DNA from: a virus
Direction: 5' to 3' (one strand)
Virus record (IMG/VR): IMGVR_UViG_3300010885_033832
Span: 1-64,000 of that record
DNA: 64,000 nt
Both the position numbers and the translations under genes were made by a program. The notes below the pieces were generated by a model. The model had not been told where the DNA came from, searched no databases, and saw only the letters and a program-made list of their open reading frames with translations. Of the stretch, positions 31,385 through 43,300 are shown piece by piece; position 1 is the stretch's first letter; the number at the start of each line of letters is the position of its first letter.

Positions 31385-34300
31385 CTATGCTAACTCGTCT
31401 GGGGTGAACCCCATCAATTCTAGTGCCTGCATGATCTCTTCGATTGAGGCGTTGTAGCGGTTAGCCACACCACCAGCAGAGTACTCAAGCGGTACGGACA
31501 TACGACCCTCAGACATGGCTTTCCGGTACTGAGCAAGAAGCGCATATCGGTCGAAGATCTCAGCCATAGTATCGGGCGAGAGCTGGCTCTGGCCTGTGGT
31601 CGGTGCTTGGCGAGAACCTGCGCCCTTGCCTGAATCTTCTGGCTTGTCAGCAGAATCTCCGCCCATCAAGAAATCAAAACTCTTGAGGATGTCGAGTACG
31701 TCCTCTGAAGCTTTTGGCGCTGGCGTCTCTTCTACTGGCTCGGCTGGAGGCTGCGCGGGCTTGCGCGGTGGACGTGGCTTACGCGGCGCTTTGGGGGGAG
31801 TAACTGTCTCAGTGGGCGGAGCCACTTCTGGGGTGTCTGGCGCAACAGGCACCTCTGGAACCTCAGGAACCTCAGGTGCGTCAGCAGGCTCAGCAAAGTA
31901 CGCGTTGAGCTTATCCAGCTCACCATCAAACAGCGCAGCAAACTGACGACGAACTTCTGGAATAACCACTCCTGCATTCTCTTTAGCTCGGAGTCGCTTG
32001 AAGATTAATCCTTCATAGAGTCCACGCAGGTTAGTTTTACGCTTATACAGCGCCTCAATTGCTGGATCGCCGGTGGGGATCTCGAGAGACGGATTGTTGT
32101 TGCGATCAACTAAGAACTTAGCAAACCCAAGAAGCTGTTCCTCCGAGAACTTCTCCAGAATTGGGAATGGAGCATCCCCGGGAATACGTCGCCAGTCTAG
32201 TGAGTTGTCGAAGGGCTCTGGGAGTGCCGGGAAGTCCTGGTAGTGAGTAGAAGTAGAAGTTGGGCTTCTCCACTGCACGCTTGGGTTCTCAAGGTTGATT
32301 CCCTCAGGCAGAGCCATCGTTGCTCGGGACGCCCGTCGTGCGCGGGAGCTGGTGCTGGCAGGTCCTGCGCCTTTCTCCTTGCCCTTTTCCTGCTCTTCGT
32401 AGGCTTCTTTGTACTGTTCAATGAAGAAGTCAGTTGGGTAGGCGGACGTGGTGGTACTCCAGATGTCGTAATCCTCGAGATCCTTTTTATCGATTCCACG
32501 TTCTTGGAGAAGATCCTCTACTGTGGCGGCGATTTCCAGGAGGCGAGCCATGTTACCAATATCCATGGCTTCTTCAGCTCGGGAGAGAGCGACATAGAGC
32601 ATGTTAGCCTGTTGCATAATCTCGTCATCTGAGAGATCACGGAGTTCGCGCTTTGGCTCACCATCTGCGTTCTTTTCAACTTCCCAGAAAGCAAAGACAC
32701 TGTCACCTACCTTAACATTGGGGGCTTCCAGACCTTTTGCGCCGTGCACGGTCAGCAAGGCCACATCGTAGCCCAGCTCGTCAGTGTAGGGGTCGCCAGA
32801 TTTAGTTCCATCAATCAATGCGCTGTACTTTGTACGAGCCGACTTGTCGACAGCGCTCATCTGGAAAACAGTTTGACCCGGACGGATTGTCTCATATTGA
32901 GCGTAGGCCACGGCGTAGAAGAGATCATCGGTAGATTCTTTGTTCTTTGCTCTACCGTCGATAAACTGACCAACTACCTCTTCGCGCGGCTTGGGCGACC
33001 CAACAGCCTTGCCGTTAGACCATAGTGTCAACATATCTTCGCCGTCAGAGCCTTCACTAACAATATATGTGCGAAGACTCTCAATGGTAGGAGTCCCCTC
33101 TTCATCAGGGGCTCCCTCGAGTCCAAAAGTAACAAGGTTTCCCGCTCCCAATGAGTACTTGAAGTCAATTAAGCCGGGTAGATTTTGCTTAAGAGAGGGT
33201 TTTTCGTTAGGACTATTGGTTCTCTTTTTGTCCTCTTTGCCCAGATTATTTGTGTAAAACTTAGAGAACTCTCCTGGAGTAGGTTTGTCGGCTTTTTCAG
33301 CCTCACGATACGTAGACTCAAATCCGAGGACATTGAGAGCGTCTTTACTGAGTGGGTTGTGCACCGAAGCATCTGCTTGGTACTTGAGACCACCGTCCAG
33401 GATTGATACAGTGACAATCTTTGTGCCTTCATTGCGCTCGAAGAGAAGCTCAACAACGCCCTCACCGAGGATTACACTAGGATTGCCAGCTTTGTTAATT
33501 TTATCTGGGTCCCGGAGTACGTTTCCGTCTTCATCACGGAGGGCAAAATTGGTGGAGGTGTAGAACTGCTTGACAATCGGCTTACCACCAGCGGCCCGGA
33601 ACTCAGCGTCAGTTGGCATACTGACATCGCCCATCAACTTGTCTTTGTCGAGAGCTTCAATTCTACTGCGGGCTTTGGCTGCTTCTTTGAGCAAGACATT
33701 GACTGTATCAGAGCCTGGGTACACATTTGCAATTCTCATACCCTCGAACTCTTTGTCGGTGGTGTTGAATTTAATTAATTCAAGCTCTTCCCGCAGTCTG
33801 TCTGAGATGTTTGGATCGGCCAGCAGGTCACGCTTGGAGCGCTCGAGTCGCTGACGGAAGCCTAACAATCCAATGTTCGAACCTGTGATTCTAAGGTTTA
33901 ACAGCTCGGAAGACTTTCCCTTTGTAACCGCGTACTTGAATCTGCCGGGAACGAGGGGCTCAAAGTCAAACCCATCACCATCAAGATCAGCCATCCGCTG
34001 AGGAATGTTGGGAGTTATTAGTCCCTCATACTCTTCGACATAGTCCTTTTGTCCGGAGATCAGGTATGAAGGCTTGGGAGATACAGTCTGACGGATAAGT
34101 CGGAGCATTTCTTGACGCCGTTCAACTGCCTTGACAACTACATCTTTCTTTATGGTTTTTCCGTCAGAAGATTTTTCTTTTACGGTTTTGGTATCATCCG
34201 AAATCATGCCAAATTCTTCGGCGACTCGGAGGAAGGCAATCACCTTGGAAGACAAGCCAGCACCACCTTTTCGGTACTTATCCATGATAGATTGCTCACC

Positions 34301-37300
34301 GCTAGTTCCAGGAGCGTTCAACCGAAGATCGGGGTAGTTTTGGAATACGCCCATTTCATGGTTGGCAAATGCCTCTTTACGAGACCTAGTTGTTGGTCTC
34401 ATTTGCATCAAACTTAGAGCTTCAATGTTTGTGATGAACTCTTCACGTCGGTTGGCGTTGATTGCAACGCGACGTCCAGCAGAGGCATATGTAGGTAGGA
34501 CACCTAAGAGTGCGGTGTTAGTGGCTTCGATGTGCATGTCAACTTGTTCAGTTGGCATAGAAGTGCCGCCAGCGCGCTTGATAGCCGCTTGAATTTCAGG
34601 AGTCATCTTTTTCAAAACTTCGGGGGGAAGAATTCTAGAGAAGATTTTTCCCTTGGGTGCTTCGTCTGACTTGCCAGAGGTAGTACGAAGCGGCTCACCC
34701 ATCAACCACAGTGGGACGTTCGCCACATCAACGAGTGCCTGGGGGGAGCGGTATGTTTTGGTAAGACCATTCTTGACGTCAGCGACGCTATCTGCTTGAT
34801 CGTAGAACTTGAACATCTGGTTGACAGCACCACGGAACGCGTACAGAGCTTGTCGGTTGTCACCGACTACAACCACTTGCACAGCTAGCCCATCTTCGTT
34901 CGGCATAGCAAGCTGGTTTACTAGGTCGATTTGTGCAGCGTTAAGGTCCTGAGCTTCATCAACAAACAGAGTGTCTGCTGTGGAACCTCCAGGGACTTTT
35001 TTCACAACATTGGCAAGGCCCGATAACTGCCAAATCTTTGACAACATAGAGTTAGTGACTGGAAGCGGGGAGAAGGGCTGTCCATCGATAGCGCTAAACG
35101 CCAGCTTATTCTTGATGGTGATAGGGACCGTTATATTTTCGTCCCACATCCTCTGTGCAATTTTGACATAGTCCCATGCAAGCGCCTCATCTTTAAGAAC
35201 CTTTTTTCTTAGAGCTGAGCTCATGTGTGGGAGCAGGTGATCTAGTGTTATTTTTCTATCTGCTGTAGACGCAAATCCATTCGCAATACCGCTCATGAGG
35301 TCGCTAAAAATAATATCAGAAGTTATTTTGTCATCTTTACTGATTACTACTTCTTCAATACCGTAAAGCTCGGTGGCCTCATAAGCAGACATAAATGAGG
35401 TGCTATCTAGTTTGGCGGACCTTCCGTCTTTGGCTCCCATCGACAAGTCGAGCTTGGCGTTGAGAGTGGCTCGTTTTGTTGCTTTGAGGTCAGAGTCAAC
35501 GTAGGTTGTGTTGGGGTCGTCGAGTGTCATTTCTACCCCGAAGAAACCCAAGCTGTCCAAGGTTCGAGCCTGTACGTTGGCTCCAAATCGAGCAGCGGCT
35601 TCCTCGGCAGTGCTACGGTTGAACGCGGCCAAGAGTATCTTGTGTTCGGGGAACATATCGGACAACAGTTTGAGCGTACTGGTTTTTCCGGTACCAGCGC
35701 GGGCGACAATCACCATACTCTGGTTCTGACCAAAGTCGTTGATGATCTTCAGCTGTTGCTCACTGGGGGTAATACCAGTCTGTTGGTAGACCTGCTCAGC
35801 GGTATACGTCCGGGCCTTGTAGCCACCCACTTTTCCTCGACGAATCTTGGAGAAGTTGTCAGGCTCGCCAGACTTGCTCACACGCGAGGCGGCCCCAGTA
35901 CCAGTTGAATTTTGCTGATCCGACAGGGCGTCGCGGAGGCTTTGCTTCTTATCGGAGATGAAGATCATGCCAGAGTCAATCTCGGAAATGAGCGCACTCT
36001 TTTGGGCATCGCTAATCGGGTCTTCTTCGGTGAGATCGGTTTCAGGGGAGACACGGTACCACTGGCCGTCTTCACCCTTGGCGTAGGTGTCCAAGGAGAC
36101 CTGACGAGCGCCCTTAGTTGACTCTCCATCTGCGCCTGCGATTACGTCGCGGGAAATACGAGCACCTGTTGGAGCCACATCGAAGATGTCCGCCGACGTT
36201 ACGCGGGTACGAGAAGCAGACTGGTTACGGTCCTGAGAAGTGACCGGACGCTCAGAGTTGGTAAGGCTCGGAGTGAAAGGAGCGCGCGAACCGCTAATCT
36301 CAGACTGACCGTCGGCTGCATCAAGAGCGTCAAACACCTCAGACGATGAATACGAACGCGTGTTGTCGGAGACTCCAGCATCGTCAGCCGCGTACCACAG
36401 TCCGTCGGATCCCCGGACAAAGTTGTCTACTCCGTTGGATACTATATCTCCAGCAGTTGCTGAGTTGAGATCGTCAACGGTAGAGATAGACATATCAATC
36501 TCATCGGGCAGCGCTGCACCAGCGCCCTTACCTTCTTCAGCATCTTCTTGTTTAGGTGCTCGTCCTCGGTCAGGACGGCGGCCCGATGCTTCGGTAAAGG
36601 CAGCGATGACACGCTGGACGGTTTCTTGTCGTTCTTGCGCCTTAGCAATTCGCTCGCTGTACCCATTGAGGATTTCGCGCTGTTCGTCCGTCAGGTACTG
36701 CTCGTCAGGGTTGTCAAGCGAGTTGGCGTATTCGCTCTTCTCGTTGTTTAGTTCCCCGAGAAGTTCTTGGTACTCACGCCACTTACGGAGTGCCTGTTTG
36801 CGTCGACGAGCAAACTCCTCAATGGGGATACTGAGGAAGTCGCGGTAGTTAGTCGACTCTGTGTAATCTTCTTCGTCCTCGCTAGCAGCAGAAGGCCTCG
36901 ATCCGTCGCCATCACTCGGCTCGGGCTCTGGTTTGCTTGGCTCGCTGGGTAGGGCACCCGGACCCTTGGGTGGTGGGTTACCTTCAAGAGGGAGGAATGG
37001 ACCAGACGGTCCTCGGCCATCAGGCTGTCCGTCTTGAGAGTCGCTTTTACCCTTCTTTCCCAACTCAATGAGTGGGATAAGTCCGCCAAAGAATTCGATG
37101 TGCTTGATGTAACCAACCATGTCGTTTTCGTCGTACATCTTGCGAATCTGGACAGAGCGCTTATACGCCCAACGATCCCAGAGTGCCCGCTCATTGGGGT
37201 CCAGTCGCTGAAGGAACTTGTACGAGTCAGTGACAAAGTCTGAACGCTCTTTTTCGGCGCGCTGAAAGTTAGCGAAAGCTGCGGCTTTTTCAGAGGCAGA

Positions 37301-40300
37301 AGCATCGGGATTTTTCTGAGCTTCGCGCGCATCAAAGTAAGCACGGCGGACACGATCTTCAAGGTAGTCGATGTTTGAGATGATGTCGTCGACCTTGAGA
37401 GGCATGAACTTGGTATCTTTGAATGCCTGCCATGCATTGAATACGGCTCGGGGATCGGCCCCGACCGGACCATCAGCAAAGCGATCTGCTGTAGGGGAGT
37501 AGGGGGCTCCTTCGTCGTTGACGTAGTCCCCACTCTTCATCTCTTCGTTGATGCGGTCGTCGAGATCCTTAATGGATATGTTAAGTTTTCGCTCTTCAGC
37601 AGCAATCTGGTTCTCAAGGATGGTGATACGCCCACGCCAGAAGTTGAAGTCGCGAAGCAGCTCAGTGCGGCTAATGATGCCCATTTGATCAGCGTTCTCG
37701 ATCATCTTACGCACACGGTTGTATTCGCGGTGAGCATCTTCGAGGCGACGCTGAATATCGATTAGCTTGCGGACACGCTTGTCTTGGAAGATTGGAGCGT
37801 TAAAGTCGGTACGCGAGTTGATGGGTAGTTCTTCTTCTACCAACTCAGGGTATTCATCCCACCAATTTTTCTTACCTCGGGGCTCCTTGTCGCGTGGACG
37901 TCGACCGCCACCGCCACCGCCGCCTCCGGATCCCCCACCACCGCCGGGTCCGCCCGGACCACCAGGAGGGGGAGTCTTACCGCCAGGCTTGGCTCCTTCG
38001 CCTTGACCAGTGCCAGGTTGTTCGCCTCCTTGACCGGATTCTCCGCCTTCTTCTGGTTCAGGGTCAGGTTCAGTGTAGTCTTTTCCGTTGATAACGCCAG
38101 CCAAAAGTTTGCGACGGCGCATTATTTCTTCGATGCGACGTTTTTTCTCAGCCATCGACAGACGAGCGTCCTTGAGGCGATCCATCTCAACACCGTAGTC
38201 GTTGTAGAGGCCACGCAGAGCATCTTTTTGATTGTCGTTTAAGTTCTGGCCCAAATCCGTAAGGTCTTGATTAACTCCATCAACAAAATCAGCGTAGTTT
38301 TCAGCGTTAAGGAAGAACTTTCTGGGTTGATCTACACCCCTATCGTCCTTTTCAGTGCCGTAAACAACCTCAACTTCACCAATCTCTTCGATGTCGTTCA
38401 GGATTTGCGTAAATGACTCATACGCATTGAGAGCGTCCTTGAAACGCTTAATAGTTTCTTTAGCTTCGGCCTTTTCGTCTTTGTCCTGGTCCTTATCCTT
38501 ATCCTGCCCAGCACCAGTATCACGCTGGCCCTGACCGCCAGAAGTGGGGGGAACTTCTTCCTCGGCACCGTCAGGAATACCGGCGTCCTGGTTGATAAAC
38601 ATCTGACCAGTGCCCTCCATGCGTTTGAGCTTGGAGGGGTCATAACGACGCTTCTGGATGTCGATTAGATCGGCTGCGGTATAGCTTTCAGGGAAGAATT
38701 TTCCAGTTGCTGGGTTGAGTCGTCGCCACGACGTAGTTCCGTCTTCTCGAACTTGGTAGAACTCAAAGATGTTCTTTTTGGTTTCGTCGTCCTCGTACCG
38801 AATAACTACACGCGATCCCCGAGGAACTCCGGTTACATCTGCAATTCCCGTAACAGGGGTGAGGTTTTCTTCGTCGGTGGTGGTTGTGGTTTCATCGTCT
38901 TCGTCGCCGGGACCCTGCAGGTTGATATAGCCGTTTTCAGTCTTGGCAAAAAGCTCTTCGCTAGAGAGTCCTACAGCGTCTTCGCCGTCGGCCACATTAA
39001 ACCAAAGACCGTCTCTCTTGGTGTAGAACTCGTCGTCAAGCTCAGGGTCGTTAATGCGGAAGTCAGCTTCTGCGCCCTCGACGGAGTCATTAAGTTGGTC
39101 GACACTATCAACTTCGTCGCCCAGAAAAAGCGTAATGTTGTCGTCAGTAAGTTCAGAGATAAGATCAAAAATTTCTTGGCTATCAGGAGTATCTCCAACG
39201 AGTTGTTCAATATCCTTGAGATACCCTCGGAGATCATCGCGATCTTGACGGTTTGATAGATCATCCAGACCTTCAATAGTGCTGTTGAAGTCGTCAATGA
39301 GCGAGAGTACTGCATCACCGTCTTCTTCACCGAGCAATGCCTTGAGGCGCTCGCGTTTGAGCTTGCGAGCAATCTCTTCGTCGGAATCTTCCGTGGTGGT
39401 AGCGGTGCTGGCAGCCTTGAGCTTTTTGATGGCTGCTTCGTGAATACGAGCCAGCTTTTCAAAATTAGCTTTGTTCTCGAGGTTGTCGTCAAAACGTCCC
39501 GAATCGATGGCGGCCCTGATTTGGTCGAGTTTTGCTTGGAGAGCTTCGACGTCGTTGTTCATTTCCGCAATGAGATCGTCGACATCCTTATCGCTGAAAG
39601 CATTGGGGTCGACTTCTTCTTCGATACCGAGGAGTTTGTTGACCTGCTTCTTGATGTCTGAAAGTGCTTCTTGAGCAAGCTCCTGCACTTCAGGGTCGTC
39701 GTCAAAATCTCGCATTCGAGTTTCAACAGCCTCAACCAAAGTGTTCAGCGCCTCAATAAGGCTTTGGCGGTCTTCGTCAGAAATTTCATCCAGCTCGTCG
39801 ACGTAGTCGAATAGGTCTTTCACATCACTCAACGCTGAGTCAACGTCTGGGTCTAGCAACGAGTTCTTTAGGTCATTGTATGGATCACCCGTTGAGCTGA
39901 CCGCTGTCTCTTCTTCGGAGAGGTCCGCCACCTTTGAGTTGATATATCCGTTGTATACCTCGGTCGGGATAGCGACGTTGTCTTCCCGAGACTTGTTGAT
40001 GGCAAAGTCAATGTCATCGCGGTACTTGGTCAACTCGTCAACACGGTCGGGAGACAGGCTCAACTGTCCGTTGGCGTTGCGATTCAGAATGTCGTCAACT
40101 AGTTTGCGTCGCTTCTCGAGATTCTGGACATACGCTTTATTGGTCGGAGAATCAAATCCGCTAGGGGTTTTGGCGCGATCGATGGCGGCTGCCAAAAGCT
40201 TCATAACAAGTTCTGCTCGAGCTTTGCGCTCTAGAGTGTCATTGAAGACTCCATCATCGTAGTCCTTCTTGACTGCGTCATAGTCAGCCTGCATCTCATC

Positions 40301-43300
40301 AATAGAATTGTTGTACTTATCAAGAATTTCTTGGATGTCATCGTCAGAAACAGCAGTAGACGTTGGTGTAGCCGGGACTGCTGGGGCTGCAGGAGCCTTT
40401 GTCGTACGAGCGGCTTTTTTGGCTGCATCAATTTTATCTTGCTCAACTTTGAGAGCTTGGAATGCTTCAGAGGAGAGTTTGACACCCTTATCGTTGCGGG
40501 GGAACTCTCCCTTGTACAGGTTTGAAATGCTACCTTGATCTAGGGCAGCAGCAAGATCCTCGCCACTAGCAATTCCAGTGTCTGGGTTGTTAGCGTCGTA
40601 CCAGTACCCGTCGTCGCCTCGAACTACTTCTTGGAACTTTCCGCCTCTTCGGTTGAAGAATACTCGGTCTCCGGTTTTACCATTGAGAAGGAATGCCTTT
40701 GTCGCACGCGTGAGTACGTTGGCCTGTGGCTTAGGGGTTGCAGGAGCTGCAGGTGCTTTGGCCTCAGGCAAAGTCTCAACTGTATAAGTACGCTCCTTGA
40801 GGAACTCTGCTACTTGCTCTTCGGACGGCACAACCATGCCGTTCCAGACATTCTTTGTATTCTTCTTGAGTAGCTGTGCGCCGTTGACCTTGCCGTCTGG
40901 ACCAACAGTGAGTCGCATGGCCTGCTTGCGACCTGACTGAGGTGTGAAAATAACTGTGTTGAGTGGCAGAGTCTTGAGCTCATCAAGCGTCGTTACTTGA
41001 TCCCCTACTTTGAGGGGTGCAATCTCCGGCTTGGCTGGGCCGACACGTTCGACGGTTGACTCTCGTTGGCCAAGCTGGTAGGTGATGTCCTTGTCTGAGG
41101 GGAGCACTGCTTGTTCGAGCCACTGGCCACTGTTAGTCTGTAGCTCTCCCTTAGAGACGAGGTTGTTAGGGTCATTGCTGTCACTACGCGTGTAGCGGAA
41201 TGGAAGATTAGTTCCCTGTCGCAGAATGATGGTGGACCCGGCAGGAAGGTTCTTAAAATCTTTAATGGTGGCAACATTATCGCCGACCTTAGGGGTTGCA
41301 GGAGTCGCAGGAGTTTGAGCCTGCTGACGAGCTTTTAGCCAATCTCTGAGGGCCTCTGTCTTTTTTATGTACGGCTTAACTCCGTCTGTCCAACCCCAGT
41401 CCATGTCCACATCAGAGGCGTCTAAATCCTTGGTTAGTTTCTTAGCTTCGAGGAACTTGCGATTTCCTTGAATGACGAGTCCCGTGGGGATGTGATATAT
41501 AACAGATTCCCCTGGACGTCCACCAACAACACCAAGAAGACCGCTCGGAGAGATGTCTTTCTTCTTAATAACAGCAACCCCTAGGCGGAGAGATTGTCCA
41601 TTTGGACCGAATTTTTCGATCTCAATGTCGCCGTTTTCTAGACGAGTAACACGGGTTGTTCCCCCATCCTCGCCGTAGGGAACAAATCGCTCTGCGGCAG
41701 TCTTTACGTCGGCAGGGGTTGCAGAAGTTGCAGGAGTTGCAGGAGTTGCAGTCTTTGCTACAGGATCCTTGAGCAATTTTTCTGGAACAACAGACTTAGC
41801 CCGGGGAGCCCCCTTGACGGGGAGCTTGTCCGTACCCTTGACATACCTCTTGAGCAGAGTGGGCCAGACCTCAAAAGTGTAGTGAGACTGAAGTGCGGCA
41901 ATCGCGTTCTGAACGTGGGTCTGGTCTGCATCTGGGCGACCCTTCCACTCATTGATTTTGTCGACAGCCTTGTAGTACTCGGCCATGTCTGGGTCAATCT
42001 CTGCCAATTTACGCAGGAATTCGACGCCAGCTGTTTTATCTTTTTGTTCCTTGGCAGCGGCAGCGCGAGCGTCCCAAAGCTTTTGCCCAAACTCAACCTT
42101 TTCGTCGTAGGACATGTTTGAGGTGTCTACGGAGAGGAGTTCGTCGGTAGCAGTGTCTGCGTCTGTCGCGGCAATCTCTTCCTCGACGATGAAAGCGTCA
42201 TAAACTTCCTTGCTAACCTCTACCTCGTGGTCTTCAGGGTCGGTTGCGGATGTTCTTTCATCTATACGAACAAAATACTTGTTAGTGTCCGGGTCAAATC
42301 TCTTAGCGTAGCCACCCTCTTTGAGAAGTTGTTCGAGTGTTAGAGCCTTACCGCTGGCTCGTCTCTCCGCTATGTTTGTGTTTAGGCGGCGAGCCAGACC
42401 AGGAGTAGCGTCAACTATAGCTTGATCAAAAGAGCCATACTTTTTGAGATCAGGAACAGTGGCGTCGCGGGACACCAAATCAAAATCTTTAATCTCAGTA
42501 GGATTTTCGTACTTTCGTTCAAGATCTTTTCTGGGGTTATCCGTGGCAAAGGTAATAATGACGCCTCGTCGTTCGTTGTCACGTCCAATCCCAGACCAAG
42601 TGACCCCAGTTGAGATGGATCGAACAGTTACGGGTTTTCCGTCAACTGTAACCACATCTCCAGCGCGAAGTTCTGAGAAGGGGAGCTTCTTAGGTGCATT
42701 AGTGTCGGCTGCAGGAATCGTGGCAACGGGGGTGGATTTTACATCTTTCTTAAACTTAACCTGTTCGAAGAGATCGTCGCTTCTAAAATCATCAAGGAGC
42801 ATGTCCTGCAACTCTTCGTCGTCAAGACCAAGTGCAGTAATCTCGGCGTCAGCCGCGTCCAGAAGATTGAATGCCTCTTCGCGCGTGAGGTCTTGGTTGT
42901 CCTTGGAAAGTGCGGCCTGCTGATTGATCTTGGCTTCGAGGGCTTTGAAGGCGTCGGTCTTTCGGAGGGCGAGGAGTTTGGTGGCGTCTTCATCTGAAAG
43001 CTCACGTCCGGTGACGGATTTGAAGTGCTCTTTGATCTTGGGGCGTGAGAGGTCTTTACTATCGACGTTGAAGTGCTTCTTGAAAGCGTCTTTGTAGGAC
43101 TTTTGGAAGTTGTTGACGTCGGCAATGAGGCTATCGTCGCGACCAGGAGTCTCGACGTCGGTAATATCCTCAGCGGTGACTGGGGTACCCTCTTTTACAG
43201 GAGGAACATCAGGAACGTCTTTGCCGTAAACATCTTCGAAAGACTCAGCTGGCTTGTCGCCGTTCAGTGTGGCATAAAGCTCTTTTGCCTTTTTACCTTG

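Noticed and set aside
33970-33995. ADLDGD resembling the RNA polymerase NADFDGD motif (virion RNAP hypothesis)
   Set aside because: It lies inside the helicase insertion with no recognisable double-psi-barrel or T7-like context; likely chance, though Foldseek on this segment would settle it
32760-34700. Intein in the helicase insertion
   Set aside because: No N-terminal C/S block, no C-terminal HN-[CST] and no LAGLIDADG motif recognised
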